Shown here: positions 41,157-52,295 of the stretch, piece by piece | Numbering within the stretch: the stretch's first letter is position 1 | How the letters are laid out: each line of letters starts with the position of its first letter | Assembly: GCA_963697335.1 (NCBI GenBank) | Contig: CAVONQ010000007.1 | Span: forward strand, 1-64,000 | From: an uncultured cyanobacterium | GTDB taxonomy: Bacteria > Cyanobacteriota > Cyanobacteriia > PCC-6307 > Cyanobiaceae | DNA: 64,000 nucleotides | Direction of reading: 5' to 3' | Program-made: the position numbers and the translations under genes | The notes under the pieces: model-generated | Seen by the model: only the letters and a program-made list of their open reading frames with translations | What the model was told of the DNA's origin: nothing | The model's database searches: none

Positions 41157-42485
41157 CTAGGGGTAGCGGCGCAACTGGGTGCCCCTGAAGTAATGGCCCA
41201 GGATGCTCTCATGGCTGCTGCCCTGCTCCGCCATGGCCAGGGCGCCCCACTGGCTCATGCCCACCCCGTGGCCGAAACCTCGGCCAATGGCCAACAAAGA
41301 AGGGGCTTCGGTTGCGGAGCCAGCAGGCCGCAGCCGCGGAGCCTGGGCCCCGGTGGCCGAATCCACGCCAGGGAACGGCTGGGCCGAGGGGGTCCCGGCG
41401 GCCGTCACCAGGGGCGGCGGCGGCGTGGGCAGGCCCCGCGTAAGGGGGCGGTTGGGCTCCACCACCTCAAAACGCACCTTGGTGCTGCGCAGGCCGAGGC
41501 GGCTGCGCAGCTGGGGGCCGGTCACCACCAGGGTGCCGGCCGGGCCAATCACCCTGGCCTGCCGCACCCGGCCCGTGGCCGTGGTGGCCAGCACATCGAT
41601 GCGCTGCACCCCACCAGTTTCGGCGAAGGCCTGGCGCAGGGCCTCCTGGGACAGGGGCTTCTCCCACTGGTGCACCGGGCTGTTGTGGTCGAAATCGGGC
41701 ACGCTCACCAGGTAGGGCAGCTGTCGTGTCCAGAGATCGCCGCTGTTCTCGGTGCGGCCGCCGCTGCTGCTGTGGAACACGGTGGTGGCCAGGCTGCCCT
41801 GATACGTGAGCACCTGGCTGCGGGTACTGGCCACGGCGCTTCGGGTGGACTCGGTTTCGGCCTCCACGCCCTTGTACACCTGGCTGCTCACCGTGGCGGT
41901 GACGTCAAAGGCGGAGCCTGGCTTGCGTTGGCGCAGGGCGTAGGTGCGGGCCGCGACGGCCTGGGCCCGCAGGGCGGCCTGGGGCCAACTGGCCGGCATT
42001 TCGCTGCCCACCACACTTGGGAGATAGGTTTCGAGGCCGATGTGGTTGATGGCCTGGAGCACCTGGCCCTCACGGCGCAACTGCACCCGTCCGCGGTAGT
42101 GCCGTTTCTGCAGCTGGAACACGGCCTCCCGGACGCCCACGCCAGGCTCTTTGGCCTCCAGCCAGAGGCCCGTGGCGGCGGGTAGTTCCCTGGAGCCCGC
42201 CTCGGTCTGAAGCTGCAGACGCCCCGCCTGCAGCCGTAGCACCAGGGCACTGGCCGGGGCCAGTTCCAGCAGCACAGGCGACTGAGCCCCGCTGCGCAGC
42301 ACCAGAGGGTGCCGCAGGGAGCTGAGGCGGATCTCGTTGCCCTCAACCAACAGCACCCGGATCTCTGGCTCGCCCTGCTGGGCCTGGAGCTCACTGCCAC
42401 CCGGCACCAGGGCGACCACCGGCAGCACCATGGCCAGGGGCAGGACCACGGCGGAGCGGCGGGAAATCACGGAATGCAGCACCAC
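41157..42485 (-). CDS. SpoIID/LytB-domain peptidoglycan lytic transglycosylase
   Basis: LETYLPSVVGSEMPASWP, AQAVAARTYAL, SQVYKG, FHSSSGG, GFGHGVGMSQWGA; signal-like N-terminus; start approximate. Confidence 0.9.
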   Translation of the reverse strand: MVLHSVISRRSAVVLPLAMVLPVVALVPGGSELQAQQGEPEIRVLLVEGNEIRLSSLRHPLVLRSGAQSPVLLELAPASALVLRLQAGRLQLQTEAGSRELPAATGLWLEAKEPGVGVREAVFQLQKRHYRGRVQLRREGQVLQAINHIGLETYLPSVVGSEMPASWPQAALRAQAVAARTYALRQRKPGSAFDVTATVSSQVYKGVEAETESTRSAVASTRSQVLTYQGSLATTVFHSSSGGRTENSGDLWTRQLPYLVSVPDFDHNSPVHQWEKPLSQEALRQAFAETGGVQRIDVLATTATGRVRQARVIGPAGTLVVTGPQLRSRLGLRSTKVRFEVVEPNRPLTRGLPTPPPPLVTAAGTPSAQPFPGVDSATGAQAPRLRPAGSATEAPSLLAIGRGFGHGVGMSQWGALAMAEQGSSHESILGHYFRGTQLRRYP

Positions 42486-42576
42486 GGGTGGGCCGGCAAC
42501 AGGCCCACCATTGTGGCGATGCTGGTGACGCCCCGCCAGCCCCGGCGTGGCAGCATGCCCAGGAGGCACAAGGCCC

Positions 42577-43620
42577 GTGCAGGTCACGTTTCTCGGCACC
42601 AGCTCCGGCGTTCCCACCCGCAGCCGCAATGTTTCCGCTGTGGCGCTGCGCCTGCCCCAGCGCAGCGAGCTCTGGCTGTTCGACTGCGGCGAGGGCACCC
42701 AGCACCAGTTTCTGCGCAGCTCCCTGCGGGTGAGCCAGCTGCGCCGGATCTTCGTCACCCACATGCATGGCGACCACGTCTTCGGCCTGCCGGGCCTGCT
42801 GGCCAGCCTTGGCATGGCCGGCAGCTGCGGCGGCATCGACCTCTACGGCCCCGATCGCCTGCGCGACTACCTGGAGGGGGTGCTGCACACCAGTTCCACT
42901 CGCATCGGCTACCCCCTGCGTCACCACCGGGTGGGCCAGGCGGCCCAGCAGGATCGCCTGGTGCTGGACGACGGGGATCTCACCGTGCGCTGCACCGCCC
43001 TCACCCACCGGGTACCGGCCTTCGGTTACCGCGTGGACCAGAAACCCAGGTCGGGGCGCTTTGACGTGGCCAGGGCCCAGGCTCTGGGCATCCCGCCCGG
43101 GCCCGTCTATGCGGAGCTGAAGCAGGGGCGGACCGTGACCCTGGAGGATGGCCGGATCATCCGCGGCAGTAGCCTCTGCGGCCCGCCCCAACCCGGCGCC
43201 AGCATGGTGTACTGCACGGACACGGTGTTCTGTGAGGCCGCCGTGGAGCTGGCCCGGGGCGCCGATCTGCTCATCCACGAGAGCACCTTCTCCCATGGGG
43301 AGGCGGAGCTCGCCTACCAGCGCCAGCACTCCACCAGCACCATGGCCGCCCAGACGGCGCTGGCCGCCGGGGTCAAGCAGCTGGCGCTGACCCATCTGAG
43401 CCCGCGCTACGTGGCCGGCAACGCGATCACCGCCGACGACCTCGTGGATGAAGCACGGGCCATCTTTGCCAACACGCTGCTGGCCAAGGACTTTCTCACC
43501 CTCGATGTGGTGCCCGGCCCCGCCGAGCCACTGGCCGAGGCCGGGACTGCCCCCAGCAGCGGCCCCGCTGCCCCCAGGGCCAGCCCAGGCCGCCGAGCAC
43601 CGGCGGGCCCACAGCCCTAG
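42577..43620 (+). CDS. rnz: Ribonuclease Z
   Basis: [42 protein letters not shown] at 42561-42566 before the GTG. Confidence 0.96.
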   Translation: MQVTFLGTSSGVPTRSRNVSAVALRLPQRSELWLFDCGEGTQHQFLRSSLRVSQLRRIFVTHMHGDHVFGLPGLLASLGMAGSCGGIDLYGPDRLRDYLEGVLHTSSTRIGYPLRHHRVGQAAQQDRLVLDDGDLTVRCTALTHRVPAFGYRVDQKPRSGRFDVARAQALGIPPGPVYAELKQGRTVTLEDGRIIRGSSLCGPPQPGASMVYCTDTVFCEAAVELARGADLLIHESTFSHGEAELAYQRQHSTSTMAAQTALAAGVKQLALTHLSPRYVAGNAITADDLVDEARAIFANTLLAKDFLTLDVVPGPAEPLAEAGTAPSSGPAAPRASPGRRAPAGPQP

Positions 43621-43733
43621 CCCTGCAACAGTTCTCCCGACTGCGCCGCTACGGCCCCGTTGCCCGTGATACAAGGTCTCCGATGCGGTTTCCGTCGCCC
43701 CACCTCCCTCTGCCACACCGCCGGCTTCCCCCA

Positions 43734-44267
43734 ATGGCCTCAACCTTCTCCCCATCTGGCCTTCGCAGAGCGCTGCGGGCCGCCGCCCGTAGCCTGCTGG
43801 CGCTGCCCCTGGCCCTGCTGCTCTGCCTCGGCTTCGGCGGCCAGGCCCTTGCCGCCCAGTGGACCAGCGAGCAGCTCACCGTTCCCGCCAGCCCTGACGG
43901 CACCGCGGTGACCTTCAGCGAAGCGGAGATCAAGGGCGGTCGCAAGCTGTTCAACAACAGCTGCGGCGAGTGCCATGCCGGTGGCATCACCAAGACCAAC
44001 CAGAACGTGGGGCTCGACCCTGAGACCCTGGCCCTGGCCACCCCGGCCCGCGACAACGTCGAGGCCCTGGTGGACTACATGAAGGACCCCACCAGCTACG
44101 ACGGTGAATACAGCATCGCCGACCTGCATCCCAGCATGCGGAGCAGCGACGTGTTCGTGAAGATGCGCGATCTCGATGACGACGATCTGCGCCTGATGGC
44201 CGGCTACATCCTGGTGGCTCCCAAGGCCCAGGGCCTGCAGTGGGGCGGCGGCAAGATCTACTTCTGA
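43734..44267 (+). CDS. psbV: Photosystem II cytochrome c550
   Basis: Signal peptide, CGECH heme motif, GITKTN, PTSYDG, WGGGKIYF. Confidence 0.97.
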   Translation: MASTFSPSGLRRALRAAARSLLALPLALLLCLGFGGQALAAQWTSEQLTVPASPDGTAVTFSEAEIKGGRKLFNNSCGECHAGGITKTNQNVGLDPETLALATPARDNVEALVDYMKDPTSYDGEYSIADLHPSMRSSDVFVKMRDLDDDDLRLMAGYILVAPKAQGLQWGGGKIYF

Positions 44268-44298
44268 GTCCGCTGTGCTCCAGCGGTCCTGCGAAGCC

Positions 44299-44781
44299 TC
44301 AGCCGGTGTCCCCGACACCGGCTTTTTGCTGGCTGGAGGGCCAGGGCGGGGCCGTTGGAGGCTGCTGGTTGGCGGGGTTGAGAGAACTGGGCAACTTGCT
44401 GTACCACCACTCCTGCAGGCCGCCTCCGAGGCGCACCGGAAACAGGGTGATCACCGTGGCGGTGGGGCGGGCGCCGGGCTGGAGCAGCTCCACGGCATAG
44501 GACGGGCAGCGACGGGCGGCCAGGTCGGCGACGAAGCGCCGGCCCACCCGCCGCCAGCTGGGCTCCTTGCTGCGCCAGGCCAGCCTGCAGCAGGGCCAGG
44601 GCAGGTCTTCCCGGTCGAACAGCCGGCAGCAGGCCCCCAGCACCCGATAGCTGTATTGGCCGCCTGGACTGGCGTGCACACTGCCCGGCTCCAGCAGCTC
44701 CTGATCGGGCCGGGGCAGCGGGTCGCTGGTGGAGGCACGACCAGGACCGAGCATCGAGCCAGGGGGCGGCTGGGAGGGCAT
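44299..44781 (-). CDS. Hypothetical Cys-rich protein
   Basis: YSYRVLGACCRLFDRE.LPWPCCRL.WRSKEPSW...EWWYS; globular and Trp/Cys-rich; fills the petF-psbV gap. Confidence 0.7.
   Translation of the reverse strand: MPSQPPPGSMLGPGRASTSDPLPRPDQELLEPGSVHASPGGQYSYRVLGACCRLFDREDLPWPCCRLAWRSKEPSWRRVGRRFVADLAARRCPSYAVELLQPGARPTATVITLFPVRLGGGLQEWWYSKLPSSLNPANQQPPTAPPWPSSQQKAGVGDTG
44301..44327 (+). terminator. Intrinsic terminator of psbV
   Basis: AGCCGGTGTC-CCC-GACACCGGCT 10-bp stem followed by a T run. Confidence 0.8.
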
Positions 44782-44782
44782 G

Positions 44783-44806
44783 AAAAAAGCCACCCATCAG
44801 GGTGGC
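44783..44806 (-). terminator. Intrinsic terminator of petF
   Basis: Minus strand reads GCCACCC-TGAT-GGGTGGC-TTTTTT. Confidence 0.8.
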
Positions 44807-44863
44807 ATGGGCAGGACTGGAAGGCGAGAGGCCTGGTGGCCTCCCGTCAGACAGCCTGTGAAC

Positions 44864-45163
44864 TCAATAGAGCTCCTCTTCGGAGTGGGTCTTGATGGTG
44901 CAGTCGCTGGTGGGGTAGGCCACGCAGGTGAGCACGAAACCAGCTTCGATCTGGTCGTCGTCGAGGAAGCTCTGGTCAGACTGGTCAACGGTTCCGGCGG
45001 ACAGCTTGCCTGCGCAGGTGCTGCAGGCACCGGCGCGGCAGGAGTAGGGGAGGTCGATGCCCTGCTCTTCAGCGGCGTCGAGGATGTACTGATCGTCAGG
45101 AACCTCGATGGTCTTGTTGAGGCCTTCGCTCTCGTTGAGAAGGGTGACCTTATAGGAAGCCAT
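44864..45163 (-). CDS. petF: Plant-type [2Fe-2S] ferredoxin
   Basis: [32 protein letters not shown]. Confidence 0.98.
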   Translation of the reverse strand: MASYKVTLLNESEGLNKTIEVPDDQYILDAAEEQGIDLPYSCRAGACSTCAGKLSAGTVDQSDQSFLDDDQIEAGFVLTCVAYPTSDCTIKTHSEEELY

Positions 45164-45295
45164 GGAAGGGATTGGGGCTCACAGGCACCCGGGCGACCGG
45201 GCCTGTAGGACCCGCCCTTCATACATCCGCCACAGGCCGTTCCTGCCGATTTCCAGGCCCGAGGGCTGGAAGGCCAATCAAAGGGCAAGCACAGA

Positions 45296-46252
45296 TCAGC
45301 GTGCCTTATGCGACATCCGGCCCCGGCCCCAGGCCCTGCGGATGCGCAACAGCGCCCAGCCGCTCTGCTGGCGCGCCAGGGTGCTGTCCCAGCCCTCGGC
45401 TGCAAGAACCCTCTGCAGACGCTCTGTCTGATCCACCAGCAGGCCACTGAGCACCCCCACCCCCCCAGGAGCCAGCAGGCTGCTGAAGGCGGGGCAGAGG
45501 GCTTCGATCACGGGCGCCAGGATGTTGCAGAGCAGCAAGTCGGCTTGCTGGCCGGCCTGCAGGGCCGCGAGTTCCGCCGCCGAGCCCTGCACCACCCGCA
45601 GCTGCTTGCCACAGCCGTTCATGACTGCGTTCTCGCGGGTGGCCCGCACGGCCAGGGCATCGGTGTCGGCGGCAGCCACCCGGGTGGCACCCTGCAGCAG
45701 GGCCGCCACGCCGAGGACGCCGCTGCCGCAGCCCAGGTCGGCCACGCTGAACTCCGCCGCAGGGCGTCCCCCCGCCGTCCCCTGCTCCGCCAGCAGAGCC
45801 TCGATCTCCTCCAGGCAGAGGCGCGTGGTGGGATGGCTGCCCGTGCCGAAGGCGCTGCCGGGGTCCATGCGAATCACGAGCCTGTCGGCGTGCTCCGCAG
45901 GCCGACTCAGCCAGGCAGGGAGGATCAGCAGCCGCTGGCCCACCGGATCGGGCTGCCAGTGCTGCTTCCAGCTGCTGCTCCAGTCTTCATCGGCCTGCTG
46001 CTGCCAGGACACGGGCGGGAAGGCCAGGTCGAAGGGCGCGGCCAGGCGGGCCAGGGCAGCCTCCAGCTGCCGTCGCTCGGTCTCAGGCCAGTCGATGGCC
46101 GGCAGCCAGGCCTGCAGCAGGCGCTGGTCAGGCCGCTCAGGCCGATGCCGGATCGCCACCCGGGGCAGGCCCATGTCCTGCAGCTTCCACAGCAGCGACT
46201 CCTCCAGTTCGGGCGGCACGGGGAGTTCGAGCCGCCACCAGCACAGGTCCAT
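45296..46252 (-). CDS. prmA: Ribosomal protein L11 methyltransferase
   Basis: DEDWSSSWK, DPGSAFGTGSHPTTRLCL, DLGCGSGVL, NILA, LSGLL. Confidence 0.95.
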   Translation of the reverse strand: MDLCWWRLELPVPPELEESLLWKLQDMGLPRVAIRHRPERPDQRLLQAWLPAIDWPETERRQLEAALARLAAPFDLAFPPVSWQQQADEDWSSSWKQHWQPDPVGQRLLILPAWLSRPAEHADRLVIRMDPGSAFGTGSHPTTRLCLEEIEALLAEQGTAGGRPAAEFSVADLGCGSGVLGVAALLQGATRVAAADTDALAVRATRENAVMNGCGKQLRVVQGSAAELAALQAGQQADLLLCNILAPVIEALCPAFSSLLAPGGVGVLSGLLVDQTERLQRVLAAEGWDSTLARQQSGWALLRIRRAWGRGRMSHKAR

Positions 46253-46281
46253 GGTTGATCGCGGCAGGGGAACGACCCCGG

Positions 46282-47868
46282 TCAGAGGGTCACCGGATGG
46301 GCCTCCTGGATGCCGGTGATCTCATTCACCCGGGCCAGCAGGCTGGCGGGGATCGGATCATCCAGGCTGAGCACCATCACGGCATCGCCCCGCACGATGC
46401 GGCGTCCCACCTGCATCGAGGCGATGTTGACGTTGTTCTCGCCCAGCACCGAGCCGATCTGGCCAATGATCCCGGGCATGTCGCGGTGGCGGGTGAACAG
46501 CATGTGGCGGCTCGGGTTCACGCTCACGGGGAATTCGTCGATGCAGGTGACCCGCAGCTCGCCATCGGCGAACACGGCTCCTGTAACGCTGTGGTTGCCG
46601 AGACTGCTGCGGGAGCTGAGCTGCAGCGAGCCGCCGGCGTAGTCGCGGGCGGCGTCATCCTTCACCTCGAGCACGTGGATGCCGCGCTCCTTGGCCTCCA
46701 GGCTGGCGTTCACGTAATTGATCGAATCGCCGAGGGCGGTGGAGAGCATGCCCTTGAGGGCGGCCACCACAAGGGGCTGGGCCGGGTGGCTGGCGAACTC
46801 GCCCTGGAGGCGCACCTCCAGCTCGCTGATGGCGCCGCCGGCCAGCTGGCTCACCAGCTGGCCCAGGGTCTCGGCCAGCTGCAGGTGAGGTTTGAGCTGC
46901 TCCATCACCTCGGCGTTGAGGCCGGGGATGTTCACGGCACTGCGGGCAGGCAGGCCCTGCAGCACGTCCCTGATCTGCTCGGCCACATCGATGGCCACGT
47001 TCTCCTGGGCCTCGGCGGTGCTCGCCCCGAGGTGGGGGGTGAGCAGCAGGCGCTCCTTCACACTCCGCAGTGGCGAGTCGGCGGCCAGGGGCTCCTTGGC
47101 GTACACGTCCAGGGCGGCGCCGGCGATCACGCCGGCCTCCACGGCCTCCGCCAGGGCCGCCTCATCGACAATGCCGCCCCGGGCGCAGTTCACCAGGCGG
47201 GCCGTGGGCTTCATGGTGCGCAGCAGCGCCGCATTCACCAGGTTCTCGGTGTCCGGCGTGCGGGGCAGGTGCAGGGTGACGTAGTCGGCCTGGGCGAACA
47301 GCTCGGCCAGGGGCAGCAGCTTCACCTGCATCGTCTGAGCCCGCTCGGGAGAGACGAAGGGGTCGTAGGCGAGCAACTCCATGCCCATGGCCTTGGCCAC
47401 CCGGGCCACGTGGGAGCCGATCTTGCCGAGGCCCACCACGCCGAGCTTCTTCTTGTAGAGCTCATTGCCCACGTAGGTCTTGCGGTCCCAGCCGCCGGCC
47501 AGGGTGCTGGCGTGGGCCTGGGGCACGTGCCGCGACAGCGACAGCATCAGGGCCAGGGCGTGCTCGGCGGCCGCGATCGTGTTGCCCTCAGGCGAATTCA
47601 CCACCAGCACACCGCGGCGGGTGGCGGCAGGCACGTCCACGTTGTCGACGCCGACGCCGGCCCGACCGATGATCTTGAGCTGGTCGGCGGCCTCGATCAC
47701 GTCGGCCGTCACCGTGGTGCCGGAGCGGATCATCAGGGCGTCGTAGCCACCGATGCAGGCCTGGAGCTCCGCGGCCGAGAGCCCGGGGCGGAGGTCCACC
47801 TGGGCCACCTCGGAGAGGATGTCGATCCCCGCCTGGTCGATGGGATCAGAGACGAGAACCTTTGTCAT
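46282..47868 (-). CDS. serA: D-3-phosphoglycerate dehydrogenase
   Basis: RAGVGVDNVD, GLGKIG, NCARGG, TPHLGAST, C-terminal ACT domain. Confidence 0.97.
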   Translation of the reverse strand: MTKVLVSDPIDQAGIDILSEVAQVDLRPGLSAAELQACIGGYDALMIRSGTTVTADVIEAADQLKIIGRAGVGVDNVDVPAATRRGVLVVNSPEGNTIAAAEHALALMLSLSRHVPQAHASTLAGGWDRKTYVGNELYKKKLGVVGLGKIGSHVARVAKAMGMELLAYDPFVSPERAQTMQVKLLPLAELFAQADYVTLHLPRTPDTENLVNAALLRTMKPTARLVNCARGGIVDEAALAEAVEAGVIAGAALDVYAKEPLAADSPLRSVKERLLLTPHLGASTAEAQENVAIDVAEQIRDVLQGLPARSAVNIPGLNAEVMEQLKPHLQLAETLGQLVSQLAGGAISELEVRLQGEFASHPAQPLVVAALKGMLSTALGDSINYVNASLEAKERGIHVLEVKDDAARDYAGGSLQLSSRSSLGNHSVTGAVFADGELRVTCIDEFPVSVNPSRHMLFTRHRDMPGIIGQIGSVLGENNVNIASMQVGRRIVRGDAVMVLSLDDPIPASLLARVNEITGIQEAHPVTL

Positions 47869-47954
47869 GCCCGGCGGGTGGGGTGGGGAAGCCGGAGGTG
47901 AAGTGTAGTGAGCAGCGAGAATCCCCTTGAAACCGATTTCTGAGGCACAGCGGC

Positions 47955-48458
47955 GTGGGCACGAGCGTGGTGGTGGTGTTCAACGACCGCAAGCGGCTGA
48001 AGCAGCTCCAGCAGAGCCTGGCCGAGCGCCAGCCTCCTCTGGTGGAGCTGGTGGCCATCGGGGCCCAGGAGAGCAGCCTCAACGACGTGCCCCGCCTCAA
48101 TCCGGCGGTGGCCCGCCGCAACCGGCAGCGCAGCATGGCCCGCTGGCTGCTGCCCTTCGGCTTCATTGCCGGGCTCACCTTCACCTACATCACCGATCTC
48201 GACACCTTTGCCTTCGCCGGGGCCTGGAGCCAGCACCTGATCGGCGCCCTGCTGGGTCTGGGGTCGGGCTGGATGGGCAGTTTCGCCGCCTCGGCCAGCG
48301 TGAGCTCCGAGGACGACGACAGGATCCGCGGCCTGCGCAACCGGCTGGAGGAGGGCAGCTGGCTGCTGCTGGCTGAGACCGCCAGCGGCGTGGACATGCC
48401 CTGGCGGCTGCTGCAGCAGCACCGGCCCCAGGCGGTGGTGCGCCTGGCGGACCGCTGA
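47955..48458 (+). CDS. Hypothetical protein with two TM segments
   Basis: Hydrophobic Gly-rich hairpin (WLLPFGFIAGLTF...IGALLGLGSGWMG); stop overlaps the next ATG. Confidence 0.7.
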   Translation: MGTSVVVVFNDRKRLKQLQQSLAERQPPLVELVAIGAQESSLNDVPRLNPAVARRNRQRSMARWLLPFGFIAGLTFTYITDLDTFAFAGAWSQHLIGALLGLGSGWMGSFAASASVSSEDDDRIRGLRNRLEEGSWLLLAETASGVDMPWRLLQQHRPQAVVRLADR

Positions 48459-49240
48459 TGCTGCCGCGCCGCGACCTGCTGTCGGGCAGCCGCCATCCGG
48501 CCGAGCTGGAGGCCCTGATCGCCACCGCCGAACGGGTGCTGCACACCTGGCAGCCCCTCTGGAGCGGGTTTCTGGAGGGCTCGGTGCTGGAGGAGGCCCA
48601 GCAGCGCCTGGGCGATCTGGCCGAACTGCAGCTCCATGCCGAGGGGGGCTATGCCGGGGCGGAGCGCTGCCGGCTGCTGCTCAGCCGGCGGGACGGCGCC
48701 CAGGAGAGCGATGCCCCGCAGGCGGCCCTGGCCGGCCTCAGCCTGAATGGCAACTTTCTGTTCGATCCAGCCGAACCAGCCGAGTTCCGCGCCAGCCTCA
48801 GCGCGGCGGGGCTCCCCCCTGAAGCCCTGGGCGATCTCTGGCTGCGGGGCGACCGCGGTGCCCAGGCCGTGATGATCCCCAGCTGCGCCCTGCCCAAGGC
48901 GCTGGATCTGCAGGTGCGCAGCGTGCCGGTGACCCTGGAGCCCCTGCCCCTGGAGCAGCTTCAGCCCCCGGGGCGCCGCCTGGCACGCCGCATCGACACC
49001 GTGGAGGCCTCCCGGCGGCTGGACGCGGTCGCCTCCGCCGGCTTCGGCGTCTCGCGCAGTCGCATGGGCAGCTGGATCCGCGGCGGTCTGGTGCGGCTCA
49101 ACTGGGTCGAGGTGACCCGCCCGGGCCACGAGTTGGTGGCGGGCGACCGGGTGCAGCTGAGCGGCAAGGGGGAGCTGCAGGTGGAGGCGATCAGCCCCAC
49201 CAAGCGCGACCGCTTCCGCATCACCCTGCAGCGCCGCTGA
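48458..49240 (+). CDS. YlmH-like S4-domain RNA-binding protein (PSII S4 domain protein)
   Basis: GGYAGAERCR, GNFLFDP, LGDLW, EASRRLDAVASAGFGVSRS S4 domain. Confidence 0.88.
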   Translation: MLPRRDLLSGSRHPAELEALIATAERVLHTWQPLWSGFLEGSVLEEAQQRLGDLAELQLHAEGGYAGAERCRLLLSRRDGAQESDAPQAALAGLSLNGNFLFDPAEPAEFRASLSAAGLPPEALGDLWLRGDRGAQAVMIPSCALPKALDLQVRSVPVTLEPLPLEQLQPPGRRLARRIDTVEASRRLDAVASAGFGVSRSRMGSWIRGGLVRLNWVEVTRPGHELVAGDRVQLSGKGELQVEAISPTKRDRFRITLQRR

Positions 49241-49472
49241 TGGCTGCTGGAGGCGAGAGCTCCGACTGCTAGGTTCCAAGCACCTTGTTACGGCAGGGCA
49301 CGGCATCGACCCGCTGCAGGACGGGGACCGTTGATGACTGATCCAGGCCCCAGGCCCGGTTGACTGTCACCAACAGCCTGTCTCGACCAGGGTTGACGTC
49401 GTTATCAAGATTCGGGCTTGAATTCAGAGTCAAGCACCGGGCTTCAACCTTCCACTCTCGAACCCGTTTTAC

Positions 49473-49544
49473 GGGCGATTAGCTCAGAGGTAGAGCACTA
49501 CCTTGACACGGTAGGAGTCACTGGTTCGATTCCAGTATCGCCCA
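49473..49544 (+). tRNA. trnV: tRNA-Val(GAC)
   Basis: Acceptor stem GGGCGAT/ATCGCCC, anticodon arm CTACC-TTGACAC-GGTAG, T-loop GGTTCGATTCC; CCA not encoded. Confidence 0.97.
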
Positions 49545-49579
49545 TTTGTCTGAACCGGCGCCCTGCAGCGCCGCCTCCG

Positions 49580-50998
<1,419 letters not shown>

Positions 50999-51060
50999 TC
51001 GTGCCTGCTGCTGTCACCCCCCGGCACTGCCTCTAGCATGGGTTTCTGGCTGGCGGTGCG

Positions 51061-51531
51061 ATGGCCTACTGGTTGATGAAGAGCGAGCCCGAGGTCTACG
51101 GCATCGACCACCTGCAGCGGGAGGTCACCACGCTGTGGGATGGAATCCGCAACTACCAGGCCCGCAACTTCATGCGCAGCATGGTGCCTGGAGATCTGGC
51201 CTTCTTCTATCACTCCAACACCAAGCCACCCGGCATCATCGGTCTGATGGAGGTGATCGAAACCCATCTGGTGGATCCCAGCCAGTTCGACCCCACCTCG
51301 AAGTATTTCGATGCCGCCGCCTCCCCGGAAAACCCCCGCTGGGACTGCGTCCGCCTGCGCTATCGCACCACCTACCCCCGGATGCTGACCCTCGATGCCC
51401 TTCGGGAGGGTTTTACCCCTGAGGAGCTGGGCGTGGTCAAGCGGGGCAACCGGCTGTCGATCCTGCCTGTGCCGGAGGCCACCGCCCGGCGATTGGAGAA
51501 GCTCCTCGCGGTCGTCCCCGGGGAGGCCTGA
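51061..51531 (+). CDS. EVE-domain protein
   Basis: YWLMKSEP, WDGIRNYQARNFMR, FFYHSN, RLSILPV. Confidence 0.92.
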   Translation: MAYWLMKSEPEVYGIDHLQREVTTLWDGIRNYQARNFMRSMVPGDLAFFYHSNTKPPGIIGLMEVIETHLVDPSQFDPTSKYFDAAASPENPRWDCVRLRYRTTYPRMLTLDALREGFTPEELGVVKRGNRLSILPVPEATARRLEKLLAVVPGEA

Positions 51532-52295
51532 TGGCTGATCCTGTGGCTGCGGCCACACCCGCCATCGCCATCCGACGGGCCGTGGAGGAGGGCTGGCAGG
51601 CCTTCATCAGAGCTCCGGTTCCCTTCGTGCTGTTCACCACAGTGCTGGGAAGTGTGAACCTGCTCTGCCAGCTGGCGATCCGCTTCCAGCAGGACCAGCT
51701 GCTGACGCCCTTCGGCCAGCCTGACGCCGGTGCCCAGCTCCTGCTGGTCATCGCCTGGTTCTGCTGGGGACTCAGCAACCTCTGGCTGGCCGTGGGGCTG
51801 CTGCACGGTGCCAGCACCGCCCTGGACCATGGCCGACCACGGCTGCGCCGGATGCTGCGGCCCGATGGCCAGGCCATGCTGCGGGGGGCCGGCACCCTGG
51901 GCCTGGTATTGCTGGTGCTGGGAGCCATTGCCCGGCTTGCCCAGGCCAGCGGCTGGCTGCTGGCCCTGATCCAGCCGGTGCTGTCCTGGCTGCCGCTGCT
52001 GGCCGGCTGGGCTGTGACCGTCTACCTGGCCACCGACCAGCTGCTCTGCCTGCCGATCAGCGTGCTCGGCCAGGCCACACCCCTGGGGGCCTTCCGAGAG
52101 GGGCGCCGGGCGATTGATCCCCACTGGCTCCAGGCCCTCGGGCTCACCCTGGTGTTGATTCTGGTGGTGTTGGCGGGGTTCCTGGGGCTGCTGCTGGGGC
52201 TTGTGGTGGCTCTGCCGGTGGCCACCTGCATCCAGACCGCGGCCTACCGCCAGCTCTTCGGCAGCCAGGCTCAGCGCCCCCTGAACTCCGACTGA
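51531..52295 (+). CDS. Hypothetical polytopic membrane protein
   Basis: 5-6 hydrophobic segments ending in AAYRQL; TGATG coupling to the EVE gene. Confidence 0.7.
   Translation: MADPVAAATPAIAIRRAVEEGWQAFIRAPVPFVLFTTVLGSVNLLCQLAIRFQQDQLLTPFGQPDAGAQLLLVIAWFCWGLSNLWLAVGLLHGASTALDHGRPRLRRMLRPDGQAMLRGAGTLGLVLLVLGAIARLAQASGWLLALIQPVLSWLPLLAGWAVTVYLATDQLLCLPISVLGQATPLGAFREGRRAIDPHWLQALGLTLVLILVVLAGFLGLLLGLVVALPVATCIQTAAYRQLFGSQAQRPLNSD

Noticed and set aside
42486..42836. Extended SpoIID N-terminus overlapping rnz
   Set aside because: It is an antisense overlap with the well-supported rnz start; a signal-like sequence begins near 42485.
43658..43671. NtcA-like GTT-N8-TAC upstream of psbV
   Set aside because: Mismatch in the GTA half-site and no supporting -10 spacing.
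4100..47901. Many long antisense or alternate-frame ORFs (e.g. 4100-5989, 14058-15704, 17542-19452, 37148-38638, 46255-47901)
   Set aside because: They are the expected shadows of high-GC coding sequence and show no recognisable motifs.
49473..49544. tRNA-Val as an integration site for an island or prophage
   Set aside because: It is flanked by core genes, with no integrase and no duplicated tRNA 3' end seen in the window.
49418..49579. N-terminal extension of murD
   Set aside because: It runs through tRNA-Val; ATG 49580 is the plausible start.
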